Assembly: GCA_016839815.1 (NCBI GenBank)
Contig: JAEOTM010000057.1
Span: 1 to 64,000 of the forward strand
DNA from: Candidatus Hodarchaeota archaeon
GTDB taxonomy: Archaea; Asgardarchaeota; Heimdallarchaeia; Hodarchaeales; Hodarchaeaceae
Direction: 5' to 3'
DNA: 64,000 nucleotides
Made by a program: the position numbers and the translations under genes. Positions 18,552 through 28,632 of the stretch are shown in pieces. How positions within the stretch are numbered: the first letter of the stretch is position 1; the number at the start of each line of letters is the position of its first letter. The notes under the pieces are model-generated. The model was not told where the DNA came from. It made no database searches and worked only from the letters and a program-made list of their open reading frames with translations.

Positions 18552-19334
18552 ATGGACAATTTTAGTTGTAGTTTAGATCATCCCATATTTGAGATCCTGT
18601 CCAATAAAACACGTTTAGAAATTCTCCGGATGATTGCGTGTGAGCAAAATTATGGGAGTAGAATCGCCTCCATTCTGAATATTTCTGCTCCTGCTATCCA
18701 TCGTCATCTCAAATTTCTCTCTCAGGATATGAAAGATGACAATATGGAGGATTTTTCATATATCAAACCCTCTTACAAGACAAGTGAAAGCTATTCAGGT
18801 CATAAAGGTGCTGAAGCTACAGTGTATGAAATTGGAACCAAGATGTATTTTTCTTTTGCGTTATACCCAAATTTTATTCAATCTCATGCTTTCCTTGTAG
18901 CTGCTGAAGCATCTTTAAGTGATAACAACTCTAATAACATTGAAGATGAAATACTTGACTATAAGAAAGATATGAAACATATTTCTAATGGTAGAATAGA
19001 AGAATACTCCAAGTTATTCAGCAAAATCCAAGAAAAAAACGAAAAAATTAGAACTCTGGAAAGTCAGATTATGAATATTTTGGAAGAAAAAAATGAACTT
19101 ATGAAAGATATCGACTCCTCTATCCAGAAAAGTTCCTCACTTTCATTTGACGAACGAGTCAGCTTACGTCTGATGGCTTGTCAAGGACCAGTATGCATTC
19201 CTAATTTACCAGAACTTCTTCGTCAGGATGTTGAAGTTACGAAGAAAAATCTCTTAAACCTTAAACTCAGAGGCTGGTTTTCAAAATTTGAAGACGAAAT
19301 CCAGAATGGAATCAAAAATATTCCAGAGGTTTAA
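18552..19334 (+). CDS. ArsR-family regulator with coiled-coil C-terminal extension
   Basis: FEILSNKTRLEILRMI, IASILNISAPAIHRHLKFL; heptad region; several Cys. Confidence 0.82.
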   Translation: MDNFSCSLDHPIFEILSNKTRLEILRMIACEQNYGSRIASILNISAPAIHRHLKFLSQDMKDDNMEDFSYIKPSYKTSESYSGHKGAEATVYEIGTKMYFSFALYPNFIQSHAFLVAAEASLSDNNSNNIEDEILDYKKDMKHISNGRIEEYSKLFSKIQEKNEKIRTLESQIMNILEEKNELMKDIDSSIQKSSSLSFDERVSLRLMACQGPVCIPNLPELLRQDVEVTKKNLLNLKLRGWFSKFEDEIQNGIKNIPEV

Positions 19335-19381
19335 ATAGTCTTTACAGTTATATAGGAATAGAAAAAAAAGAGTGGGGAAGG

Positions 19382-19573
19382 TTAAGCAGCTAGCTTATCT
19401 AAAAGTGCTTGAACCTTAATTGTGTGCATCTTAAAGCCGGCACTGAAATCCATACCCATTGGAAAATCAAGTATTCCTCCAAAGAAAAATACTGGAGGGT
19501 TGGTCTAATTTAACTCTTCTTTCATAAACAGTTGGCCTATGTCATAAGGAATGAAGCACACGGGACAAATTAA
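19382..19573 (-). pseudogene. Degenerate copy of the hdrB 3' end
   Basis: Translates LICPVCFIPYDIGQLFMKEELN*TNPPVFFFGGILDFPMGMDFSAGFKMHTIKVQALLDKLAA*, collinear with HdrB VCPTCFISYDTGQ...FKMHSIKVQPFLDKLSE; in-frame TAG at 19505-19507. Confidence 0.85.
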
Positions 19574-19744
19574 TATATCGTATAAAAAGTCCCCAAAACC
19601 ATTAATTCTTTATTGGGGGTTGTACAAAGAAGCTGAAACATCAAGAGTGGCAAAAGCTTATCAAGATATCACTGGTTTCTACTTGAACCGCCCTAGAATG
19701 AACTAGGAAGATATCAAATAAAAAAAGAGAGAAAATGGGGGAGA

Positions 19745-20617
19745 TTACTCAGAGAGCTTATCCAAAAAGGGTTGGACTTTGATACTGTGCATCTTGAACC
19801 CCGTACTGAAATCCATACCCATTGTCAGGCCAAGAAGTTCCCCGAAGAAAAATACAGGAAGAGTGGTCTTTTCAAACTCTTTAGCCATTAAACGTTGGCC
19901 AGTGTCGTAGGAAATGAAACAAGTAGGACAAACTGTGACCAATGCATCGGCTTGTGCCATCTCTGCTCCGACAATCTTTTCATGAGCTATTTTTAAAGCC
20001 GTATCTTTATCTGTAGGTCTTGTACCAGCACCACAACAAGCGAGTTTGTTTAAATATGGGACTGATTCAGCACCTAAAGCTTCCACGAGATGATCAAGTT
20101 TTACTGGCATCTCAGGATTGTCAACTTGCATGATTTCAGGTGGTTTGAGGAAGTGACAGCCATTATGTGTTGCAAGTTTGATTCCAGATAGGGGTTTCCC
20201 AACTTGTTGTGCTATCCTATCTATTCCAATTTCAGTATAGAGAAATTCCGCAAAGTGATTGACTTGGATGGAACCCTTGAATTCCTTGCCAACCTCTTTT
20301 AGATTCTCGTTGACTTTCTTTTTCAGATCAGGATCACTCTTCAAACGCTCGTTAACCATTTTGAGTGTTTCAAAACAACCACTACACGCGGTAAGAATGT
20401 CAAGTCCCTGTTCTTCAGCCAGACAGATGTTACGAGCAGCCAATGTGTGCCATGCAACATTATCAAATGCTTGAACACCACCAGGATCTGGACAACAAGC
20501 AAAGGGGAGATCTACCAATTCTACGTCAAATTCTGGCATAGTTTTCCGCAATGAAGTTTCAATAAACGGAACGCGGTAGGGTATTGTACAACCAATAAAA
20601 AATGCATATTTTGACAT
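19745..20617 (-). CDS. hdrB: Heterodisulfide reductase subunit B
   Basis: FFIGC, ACCP, ACSGC, HNGCH, ACCGAG, VCPTC (two CCG domains). Confidence 0.95.
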   Translation of the reverse strand: MSKYAFFIGCTIPYRVPFIETSLRKTMPEFDVELVDLPFACCPDPGGVQAFDNVAWHTLAARNICLAEEQGLDILTACSGCFETLKMVNERLKSDPDLKKKVNENLKEVGKEFKGSIQVNHFAEFLYTEIGIDRIAQQVGKPLSGIKLATHNGCHFLKPPEIMQVDNPEMPVKLDHLVEALGAESVPYLNKLACCGAGTRPTDKDTALKIAHEKIVGAEMAQADALVTVCPTCFISYDTGQRLMAKEFEKTTLPVFFFGELLGLTMGMDFSTGFKMHSIKVQPFLDKLSE

Positions 20618-21114
20618 TAGGCTACATCCTCCTTTAGACTACTTAATTTTGTTGTCACACCCGTTATATCCATGAGTTTCTGTATCTCATTCATATCAGG
20701 AGCTGGAACTTCAGGTAATCCGAGTTTTTCTCTACGCTTCATAACAGATTGAGATTTACCTGCCGTGATACCAGTTTCTAAGATTGCAGTCATTTCCGCA
20801 ATAATCCCTTCTGGAGCATTTTTGACTTTCACAGCCATATTTTTCATCTCAAAAATTACATGTGCAATGTCTATCTCTTGAGGGCACCTGGTACTACAAG
20901 TGAAACATCCTGTACAATACCAGATTCGCTGTTCATCAAATACTTCTTGTTTAAATTCTCCAGCGAGTAATTTCTCCATTATTCGTCTGGGATTAAAACT
21001 CGAATACTGCTTGAATACTGGGCATCCACCCGCACAGGTACCACATTGGTAGCAAAGCTTCACTTTTTCGTAAAGATGTTGAAAATCACTAATGAGTTCT
21101 GTTGATTCAGTCAT
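20617..21114 (-). CDS. hdrC: Heterodisulfide reductase subunit C
   Basis: CYQCGTCAGGCP, IWYCTGCFTCSTRCP. Confidence 0.95.
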   Translation of the reverse strand: MTESTELISDFQHLYEKVKLCYQCGTCAGGCPVFKQYSSFNPRRIMEKLLAGEFKQEVFDEQRIWYCTGCFTCSTRCPQEIDIAHVIFEMKNMAVKVKNAPEGIIAEMTAILETGITAGKSQSVMKRREKLGLPEVPAPDMNEIQKLMDITGVTTKLSSLKEDVA

Positions 21115-21139
21115 TTGTTATTTCACCTTGTTTCACTAA

Positions 21140-23566
21140 TTACCGTTCAAGTTTTCCTAGCTTCTTGAGCTTATTGGCCATTTTCTTGGCGGTTATATCG
21201 AACTTATCACAGCTCATGAAGTAGACTGTTTCCTTTTCTAGGCGTGCAGGATCAATACCAGAGTATTCTAGCATTTGTTTCATGAGTGCAACACGAATCG
21301 TTGATGCTTTGGAACCTGAATCATAATGACATTTATCTTCATAACAGCCAAGTATTATAATTCCATCTGCTCCCATAGCAAAGGTATTATTAATTAGTCT
21401 GGCTGATATATTGCCTGTGCACTGAACAGGAAGTACTCTGACATTATGTGGGTATGCTCCAGGAACCATTTTCGTAGTATGTGCTAATGTACGAGCAGCC
21501 ATCCCAGAGGCATCAACTGCAGAATAAGCGCACTCCCAACAAGCGAGTGTAACTATTGTGGGCTCTGGATTATCCTTCACGTCATATAACAAACCTTCAA
21601 GTTGTTTAAGAATTATATCTTCCGAATAATAATCTACTCCTATAGCTGAAGCAGGACAGGTCGATACACATTGTCCGCAACCGAGACAACTAACGGGATC
21701 AACTTGCATTTTTACCCCAGGATTTTCTACGGGTATTACATCGATTGCTCCAAAAGGACAGGCCGTTACACAAAGTTCACATAATGTACACTTGTCATTA
21801 TCGATCTCTGCGGTTGGGAACTTTTTCTCGACAGATCCTTTAGAGAGAATCATGTCTAGATGACTAGCAGCATATCCAGCTCTATTAAGTGAGGTGGGAA
21901 TATCAGCAGGAGCAATAGCTGTACCAGCGACAAACACACCAGCTTTTTTAGTCTCTGTTGTCTTAAATTTGGAATATAATGCCTCAAAATATCCAGTATT
22001 TGAAATACCTACTTTTAGTTTCTTCGCTAATTCTTGGATACCAGGGGCAGCAACCATTGACATTGATAATGCTACCATATCAGTTTTGATGGTCACAAAT
22101 TGATCTGCTTGTGAATCTTCTGCTTGGACGTATAGGTTTGTCCCATCTGTCTCAACTTCGGCAGGACGACCCCGAATGAACTTTACACCAAGATCACGAG
22201 CTTTATTGTAAAATTCCTCGTAATTGGATCCGACAGCACGAATGTCGATATAACAGCAAGTCACATCAACCTTGGGAAATTTCTCCTTAATTTTGAGGGC
22301 GTGCTTTATCCCAATCATACAACAGACATTAGAACACCAGATGTTGTACTTCTGAGATCTCGAGCCAACACAATTAATTATAACAATGCTCTTTACTTTT
22401 TCGCCATTCTTTTTCCGTAAAAATCCATTGGTAGGTCCAGCGATATCTAATAATCGTGCGAGCTCGGTTTGTGTAACTATATTCTCATATCCAGGGACTC
22501 CATAGTGGTACTCCTCGACTACCTTCGCATCTAACTCTTCGAAACCTGTTGCGAGAATAAAACCACCTGCTTGTATAGTTTGGATTTCTTCTTGCATATT
22601 GAGATCTATAGCATCCACGGGACAGACTTTAGCACATTCAGTACAACCTTCAGGACATTTTTCTCTAGAAACTACATATTTAGTTGAAGTAGATACTTTA
22701 ACTGGTAAATCAATGGCTTTTCTATTGACCATCCCAAGATTGAATTCATCAGGAAATTCAACGGGACATTTCTGCGTACAAAGATTACAGTTGATACATT
22801 TATCCATTTTTACATAGGTTGGTTTCGTCTTGACTTCAACAGAATAGTTACCTAAAGCACCTTTAATATCTCCAACCTCTGAATTAATCAAGAGCTTAAT
22901 ATTTGGATGGAGATCAAAAGCCGACCGATAATGACATCTCCTAACATGACTCTGATCAATTCCTTTAACGCCATTACTGGGCATACAGGTTGCACAGTCC
23001 TCACTTGGGAAGAAAGTACCCATTTTGGCTGCATTTCCACCAATATACGAGTTTCGATCAATTAGATAGACTTTATGTCCTTTTTCAGCTAAATCTTGTG
23101 CTGCTTGTAACCCTGCAGGACCAGCTCCTATAACAACAGCAGAGTCTTGAATTTCAATTCTGTGTTTTTCAACATTAGTTTCAAAATTCGCTTTATTATA
23201 AGAGCTAAGCAAAACTGCTTTTGCTTTATTTGTAGCTAAGGTCTTGTCTGGTTCAACCCATCCAATGTGTTCTCTGAGATTAGCACCCACAATTTGATAG
23301 GGGGACATATTAACCTCTTTCATAACATCCTCAAATAAATAGCCTGCAGTTTTAGGTGTGCAGCCACCAAACACAATTGAGTCGGGTTGTTCTCTACCTA
23401 CTGCTTCTTTGAAGAAATCTTTCCCTTCTTTTGAACAAAGACTTTCATGATAGACACAGAACCCGGGTCTTTCTTTCATGAAGCCTTGTAGTTCATTCCA
23501 ATCGAGATTATCCAGTGAACCACCGCAATTACATAAAAATGTTCCAACTTTCATTGCTTTTTCCAC
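21140..23566 (-). CDS. hdrA: HdrA-MvhD fusion protein
   Basis: CNCG, GAGPAG, CVGSR..WCSNVCC, ferredoxins, then CWECAY..VQCTG..GCYEDKCHY MvhD domain. Confidence 0.93.
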   Translation of the reverse strand: MEKAMKVGTFLCNCGGSLDNLDWNELQGFMKERPGFCVYHESLCSKEGKDFFKEAVGREQPDSIVFGGCTPKTAGYLFEDVMKEVNMSPYQIVGANLREHIGWVEPDKTLATNKAKAVLLSSYNKANFETNVEKHRIEIQDSAVVIGAGPAGLQAAQDLAEKGHKVYLIDRNSYIGGNAAKMGTFFPSEDCATCMPSNGVKGIDQSHVRRCHYRSAFDLHPNIKLLINSEVGDIKGALGNYSVEVKTKPTYVKMDKCINCNLCTQKCPVEFPDEFNLGMVNRKAIDLPVKVSTSTKYVVSREKCPEGCTECAKVCPVDAIDLNMQEEIQTIQAGGFILATGFEELDAKVVEEYHYGVPGYENIVTQTELARLLDIAGPTNGFLRKKNGEKVKSIVIINCVGSRSQKYNIWCSNVCCMIGIKHALKIKEKFPKVDVTCCYIDIRAVGSNYEEFYNKARDLGVKFIRGRPAEVETDGTNLYVQAEDSQADQFVTIKTDMVALSMSMVAAPGIQELAKKLKVGISNTGYFEALYSKFKTTETKKAGVFVAGTAIAPADIPTSLNRAGYAASHLDMILSKGSVEKKFPTAEIDNDKCTLCELCVTACPFGAIDVIPVENPGVKMQVDPVSCLGCGQCVSTCPASAIGVDYYSEDIILKQLEGLLYDVKDNPEPTIVTLACWECAYSAVDASGMAARTLAHTTKMVPGAYPHNVRVLPVQCTGNISARLINNTFAMGADGIIILGCYEDKCHYDSGSKASTIRVALMKQMLEYSGIDPARLEKETVYFMSCDKFDITAKKMANKLKKLGKLER

Positions 23567-23569
23567 CTT

Positions 23570-25027
23570 TTAGTCCTCCCAATTCCTTAATGTCTTTAGT
23601 GTCGATCCTTTGTGATCGATTATCTGTACTTCTGTCGCTACGGCACCTGATTTCAAAACGTGTGTCGCACAGCTGAAACAGGGATCATAGGCTCTAACAA
23701 TCATTTCAAGTCGATTCAGTAATCCTTCAGCTGGTTCTGCATCAACTATTAATTCTTTTGCCGAAACATTTACAGAACGATTGATTGCTTCATTATTACT
23801 TACCGTTGCAACGATTAAATTAACATCGGTTGTGATTCCTTTGCGATCTGTGACATAGTGATGGAAAAGAGTTCCTCTATGTGCTTCAAGAATTCCTACA
23901 CCTTCTTCTTCACGAGGTTCGACAGGGGTTCGTAATTTGGTCCCCAAGATATCAGGGTCTTCTAAAAGTTCGAGCGTTGCTTCAACTCCATGTGCTAATT
24001 CAATAATACGGGAATAATTATACAACAAAGATTGTGGAGTTGGACGTCCGAATTTATTACGAAATTCTGTTAGGAGTTCCTGTGCTATTGGTGTATCGAT
24101 TTTATCTGCAGCATTCACTCTAGCAAGGGGCCCGACACGATAACATCCTTCTTCAAACGATTTTTTCTTGTAATAGGGGAATTTCAGGTATGAATAATCC
24201 TTGATACGTTCAGAGATCACATCGCGGTATGAAGGATCGGAACTAGAGAATTCCTCGAGTACTTGAGCATCATGACCAAGCAATCTAACCTTTCCGTCAT
24301 AAAATCGCAATTCTCCTTCATTTCCTACCATTCCCATGTGCATCGTAGGTAGAACTCCTAAAGACCCAATTGCATCTGCATATTGATCGAAAAGAGCCAT
24401 CGCTGTATCTTTAGCCTCAGGTAGGAAATTTGTTGCAATATCCTTTACATCCTTCATTATGGAATCGCGATTTTCTTGAGAAAGTCCTTGAGATTGTCCC
24501 CCAGGGACAGCAGTCACGGGATGAACAGTTCTTCCACCAAGAATCTTAGTAATCTTCTGCCCAACTTTTCTAGCTGCAATAACCTTCTTTACTAGTTCGG
24601 GATTTGCTTCCAGAACTCCAAATACATTCCTTTTAGCTGGATCTGAATCAGGTCCCAGAACTAAATCTGGTGCTGCAAGATAAAAGAAATGTAATACATG
24701 GGAATGAATGAAGGAACCCATGAGCATTAATCTTCGTAGCTTAAATGCTGTAGGGGGAAGATCCTGTGGTTCTAAGCCGAAAGCTCTATCAACAGCTTTA
24801 CCAGAGCATAAATGATGAGGAGAATGGCATATACCACACATTCGTGGTGTCAATAATGGCATTTCTTCAACTGGTCGACCAATAAGGAATTTTTCGAAAC
24901 CTCGGAATTCTACTACTTTTACTTGGGAATCAATTAGATGATTATTCTCGTCTAAGAATAATTTTATCTCTGCATGTCCTTCAATCCGAGTAACGGGATC
25001 TACTTTAATAATTTTTGTAGCATTCAT
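23570..25027 (-). CDS. mvhA: [NiFe]-hydrogenase large subunit, group 3c (Mvh)
   Basis: TRIEGH, RGFEKF, RMCGICH, RAYDPCFSCATH plus cleavable C-terminal tail. Confidence 0.95.
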   Translation of the reverse strand: MNATKIIKVDPVTRIEGHAEIKLFLDENNHLIDSQVKVVEFRGFEKFLIGRPVEEMPLLTPRMCGICHSPHHLCSGKAVDRAFGLEPQDLPPTAFKLRRLMLMGSFIHSHVLHFFYLAAPDLVLGPDSDPAKRNVFGVLEANPELVKKVIAARKVGQKITKILGGRTVHPVTAVPGGQSQGLSQENRDSIMKDVKDIATNFLPEAKDTAMALFDQYADAIGSLGVLPTMHMGMVGNEGELRFYDGKVRLLGHDAQVLEEFSSSDPSYRDVISERIKDYSYLKFPYYKKKSFEEGCYRVGPLARVNAADKIDTPIAQELLTEFRNKFGRPTPQSLLYNYSRIIELAHGVEATLELLEDPDILGTKLRTPVEPREEEGVGILEAHRGTLFHHYVTDRKGITTDVNLIVATVSNNEAINRSVNVSAKELIVDAEPAEGLLNRLEMIVRAYDPCFSCATHVLKSGAVATEVQIIDHKGSTLKTLRNWED

Positions 25028-25947
25028 TATTCTTTCTTCTCCTTAATTTTTCCAAGTTTAGAGTAGGCAAACTGATGTTGGTACATCACAGATACTGGAT
25101 CATTTCCCATTGCTTCGAAGACCTGTTCAACTCCAACTTGACTGGCTAATGTTCCCAAAAAGGATGAAGTATCTACTCCAGGATCAGTACCTTTCTCTGG
25201 ATCGGGATTCAATGGACCGTGACATCCACGACAAGGTACACCAACTTTGGTACATCTCGCATCACATAATCCCCAGGTAACTGGACCTACACAAATATAT
25301 CCCTGCTCTAAAAAGCATTTATCAGGATCAATTTCTTCTCCAGCAGATTTGTACCAACGTTTCAGTTCAGTAATTTTATCATGACTCTTTTCTCTTGGAC
25401 ATGGTTCACAAACAGACTGATTTGGCAGATTTAAAGGTTCTCCATTTAACAAAGCCATAACACCAGTAGCTATCAACTCTGGTACAGGTGGACAACCTGG
25501 AACCACAACATCAACATCAATGACAGATGAAAGTGGAAGCACTTTTTCTGTTAAGGGAGGAACATCGTCTCTAGGCTCTCTACCTAAAGGATTATCTAAA
25601 CCCATACAATTACCAGGATAATAGACTTTATCAAATATTTCCTCGCGTGTGTATAAATTACCTAGTCCAGGGGTCCCGCCAAAGCAGGCACATGACCCCA
25701 AAGAGACGATTATCTTACAGTTTTTCCGCATTTCTTTAGCTACGTGAATATTATGCTCATTCCTTATTCCTCCTGTGATAATTCCCACATCTGCAGGAAC
25801 AAATTCTTTCACATCGGCAAGAACAGGAGATCGCACTATATCAGCTTTAGCTAGTACGTCAAGAATAGCTTCATGAATATCCAGTAGCGATATATGACAG
25901 CCACTGCATACCATTAACCACTCAGTCGCGACTCTTGCTTTACTCAT
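25027..25947 (-). CDS. mvhG: [NiFe]-hydrogenase small subunit
   Basis: CSGCH, GSCACFGG, PGCPP, CEPCPR, CFLEQGYIC, CRGC. Confidence 0.95.
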   Translation of the reverse strand: MSKARVATEWLMVCSGCHISLLDIHEAILDVLAKADIVRSPVLADVKEFVPADVGIITGGIRNEHNIHVAKEMRKNCKIIVSLGSCACFGGTPGLGNLYTREEIFDKVYYPGNCMGLDNPLGREPRDDVPPLTEKVLPLSSVIDVDVVVPGCPPVPELIATGVMALLNGEPLNLPNQSVCEPCPREKSHDKITELKRWYKSAGEEIDPDKCFLEQGYICVGPVTWGLCDARCTKVGVPCRGCHGPLNPDPEKGTDPGVDTSSFLGTLASQVGVEQVFEAMGNDPVSVMYQHQFAYSKLGKIKEKKE

Positions 25948-26211
25948 ATTAAATATCCTCTTATTAATTAATATTAATTATTGATAGATCTAGGGGTAAA
26001 AATAGTGTTAAGATCTATTCTTTTTACATATAGATGGCCAATCTACTGAATTTTGACACAAGAGAATTTTATATTAATATATCTGTAACTATTGTTAAAT
26101 TCTGAGCAAAAACGTCCATTTAGATTTATCTACACAGAGTCAGATTGTATACAATATAGTTATAATGTCACATCTTCTACTAAGCGGAAAAGTATTCTTC
26201 TCTCGAACGAA

Positions 26212-26733
26212 TTAATCGGTTTTGATCGTATAATTCTCTGATGAGAGAAGACTGATGATATGGGATTTCAATTTAGGAATAAGTTCTTTTACCCCTTTGG
26301 TTACTTCAGGAGTTAACTCTTCCCCAATGAAACCAATTTCCTTAATCTGTACACCATAAATTTCTATGGGGTTAGGAACTTCATATCCGCCTATTTTTGC
26401 ATACTTTAAAACCGGTAATACTCCAACCCCATGAGAAGAAAATCCTCCCGCATCTTTAACGTCAACATCGTGTAAATTTCCTAAATAGAAAATATCTCCA
26501 GGTTTCAATCCTTGATCAGCCATGGAAGCTGCATCAACTATAATAGCGTGGTCAAATCCATCTATTGCATCAAGAATATCCAATCCACCTGTATTTAAAT
26601 ATTGAAATGAAATTCCCATCTTTAGTAATTCTTCATCCTGTTCTAATTGCTCGACTACTCGAATTCCTGCTCCATCATCCATTCTTATTGAGTTCCCCAC
26701 TCCCAGAATTACTAATCTTTTCGAATTGTTCAT
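26212..26733 (-). CDS. Hydrogenase maturation protease (HyaD/HycI family)
   Basis: GVGN..RMDDGAG, IVDA, SSH. Confidence 0.92.
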   Translation of the reverse strand: MNNSKRLVILGVGNSIRMDDGAGIRVVEQLEQDEELLKMGISFQYLNTGGLDILDAIDGFDHAIIVDAASMADQGLKPGDIFYLGNLHDVDVKDAGGFSSHGVGVLPVLKYAKIGGYEVPNPIEIYGVQIKEIGFIGEELTPEVTKGVKELIPKLKSHIISLLSSENYTIKTD

Positions 26734-26960
26734 TAAATATCGTTGATATTCATTGATTTTAAGAAGTACTTGAGTGGAGAAAATTAAATGCTTATGATGT
26801 GAATCTTTGTCCTGTCACATTAATCACCACTCATGAATAAATGAGACCTAACTTAGTAATCATTTTTGTATCATTATTCCGCAATTACCAAGATAGTGGT
26901 ACGAAATAAGTTTATTTCTATCTTACAGGGATTCTATATGTGGATCTGAGCGTTTACTAT

Positions 26961-26999
26961 AAAAAAATTGTATGAATCTCTTAGAAAACCAAGAGATTC
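26961..26999 (-). terminator. Terminator after the second qmoC-like gene
   Basis: 9-bp inverted repeat GAATCTCTT/AAGAGATTC followed on the minus strand by T7. Confidence 0.65.
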
Positions 27000-27008
27000 G
27001 TCTTTGAT

Positions 27009-28172
27009 TTACACAGTAGCAATCAATCTAGCTTTTTCTTTTATCGAGGCAAAATACACGGCTAGTGGTCGATAAAGCATGTGTGACCATTTTCCAAAAG
27101 GTACTTCAATAATCAGCATTGGTCCTGCAATCATCAGATGGATAACATATATGAAATAACTTGGATAGGTGAAATTCATTAGACGGAATAAGTGTAGGAA
27201 GATACCTGTAACTGCAGTTAAGAAAAGTAGAATCAGGAATAGCCAATCAGATAGATGAGAAAATTTGTGTAATTGTTCTTTCTTTTTATACCGACTCCAC
27301 ATTGCTTCAAGAGTGACAAATAAGAGAGCTACAGTGCCATAATAACCGAGAAGTGAGGTAATATCCCAACGTGTATCATCCACTTGGAAAATATCGATAA
27401 AGACTACAACGAGAGTAAAAATTGTTACATATCCAGTGACTAAGAATACATGTTTTAACCAGCGGAATTTATTATCACAATTCCTCCAGCGAATTTGAAA
27501 CGGAAAACTTAGCGCTGTTTCAATAATTCCTTTAAATTCTGTAAAATACAGTTTGATAGGTACTTTCACACTTTTATCGCTTAGAATTATGTAATAATAC
27601 ATTCTAAATGCATTTGTAAGCAATAGAAAAGCTAACGTTCCTCCCAGTACTAGGTCACCAATGTGAATCCATTCTTTAGGTGCAAAACTGTCAATTGAGA
27701 CATTACTACCTTCCATTGTACTGATTCCAGTCAGATTTGCTACTAGAAAGATTCCCAAAATTAATAATGCTAATGCAATTAAAGCTCCAAATTCCCATTT
27801 ATGAGAAAGATATAATCTTTTAGATAATCCTGTCCAGTCATATCTCGCAGTAAGATATCTACGAGTAGCCATCATAAATTCACCAGGTTCTGCTTGACTA
27901 GGACATGAAGTGGAACAATCTCCACAATAATAACACAACCATGGTTCGGCATGAGTTAAGATTTTTTCTTCTAAGCCTAGTTTCGCATATCTGATAAATC
28001 TACGAGGAAAATCATTACCACTGACTGAAAGAGGACACGAAACAGTGCATTGACCACATGAAAAGCATGCAGATACGTCAAATGCTCCAAACTTCTTGAT
28101 AGTTTTAAATACATCAGGTTTAACATTAAGAACCTTTTCTGTACCAGTATGTGCAGTTACCATGATAATCAC
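27009..28172 (-). CDS. QmoC-like subunit, copy 2
   Basis: CFSCGQC..SCP, WLCYYCGDC..CP; close paralog of 10774-11913; probable ATG a few codons into the ORF. Confidence 0.85.
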   Translation of the reverse strand: MIIMVTAHTGTEKVLNVKPDVFKTIKKFGAFDVSACFSCGQCTVSCPLSVSGNDFPRRFIRYAKLGLEEKILTHAEPWLCYYCGDCSTSCPSQAEPGEFMMATRRYLTARYDWTGLSKRLYLSHKWEFGALIALALLILGIFLVANLTGISTMEGSNVSIDSFAPKEWIHIGDLVLGGTLAFLLLTNAFRMYYYIILSDKSVKVPIKLYFTEFKGIIETALSFPFQIRWRNCDNKFRWLKHVFLVTGYVTIFTLVVVFIDIFQVDDTRWDITSLLGYYGTVALLFVTLEAMWSRYKKKEQLHKFSHLSDWLFLILLFLTAVTGIFLHLFRLMNFTYPSYFIYVIHLMIAGPMLIIEVPFGKWSHMLYRPLAVYFASIKEKARLIATV

Positions 28173-28615
28173 CTTTTCTTTATTGGACCTAACTCCTTTA
28201 TTTGATCAGTAAACTCGGTCATAATTTGAGCAAAACGCTTTCCTTCAGAGGCTGAAATCCATTCTAACCGTAAGCGATCAGTTTCCCAGCCTAATATATC
28301 AAAAGCCTCTTTCGTATTTTTAATTCGAACCTCAGCGCTCAAATTTCCTTCAAGATAGTGGCAATCTCCCGGGTGACATCCGGCTACGATAACTCCATCA
28401 GCCCCTTTAAGAAACGCCTTCATAATAAAAGCAGGATCAACACGTCCAGAACACATAACACGAACTATCCGGATATTTGAGGGATATTTCAATCTTGAAA
28501 CACCAGCTAAGTCAGCTCCCGCATATGAACACCAATTACACGCTATACAAATAATGGTTGGTTCAAATGATCCTTCTGTTTTTTCAGTTTGAATTTCTGT
28601 TGTTGTTTGAGTCAT
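28169..28615 (-). CDS. mvhD: MvhD [2Fe-2S] subunit
   Basis: CNWCSYAGAD, VMCSGRV, GCHPGDCHY, WISASEG. Confidence 0.95.
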   Translation of the reverse strand: MTQTTTEIQTEKTEGSFEPTIICIACNWCSYAGADLAGVSRLKYPSNIRIVRVMCSGRVDPAFIMKAFLKGADGVIVAGCHPGDCHYLEGNLSAEVRIKNTKEAFDILGWETDRLRLEWISASEGKRFAQIMTEFTDQIKELGPIKKR

Positions 28616-28632
28616 TTCCTATCACTACTCCT

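Noticed and set aside
19505-19507. Pyrrolysine readthrough at the in-frame TAG
   Set aside because: The fragment has no start or N-terminal part and no pyl genes are visible; a nonsense mutation (AAG to TAG) is simpler.
19382-19573. Diversity-generating retroelement template/variable repeat pair (also considered for 46469-46616)
   Set aside because: Differences involve all bases rather than adenines only, and no reverse transcriptase is in the window.
19551-19706. 51-codon + strand ORF (MKHTGQINISYKKSPKPLILYWGLY...)
   Set aside because: Starts inside the antisense hdrB remnant and matches no family I recognise; not supportable as a gene.
19745-25947. Methanogenesis inferred from Mvh-Hdr
   Set aside because: No mcr, mtr or CoM/CoB genes in the window; Mvh-Hdr is common in non-methanogens.
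25965-25980. 16-bp palindrome TAATTAATATTAATTA upstream of mvhG
   Set aside because: Pure A/T low complexity and single copy; not distinguishable from chance.
16649-26163. Exact 13-mer ACAATATAGTTAT upstream of both dsrE (16649) and mvhG (26151); AGAGTCAGA in several intergenic regions
   Set aside because: Short, AT-rich and non-palindromic; such matches are expected by chance at this composition.
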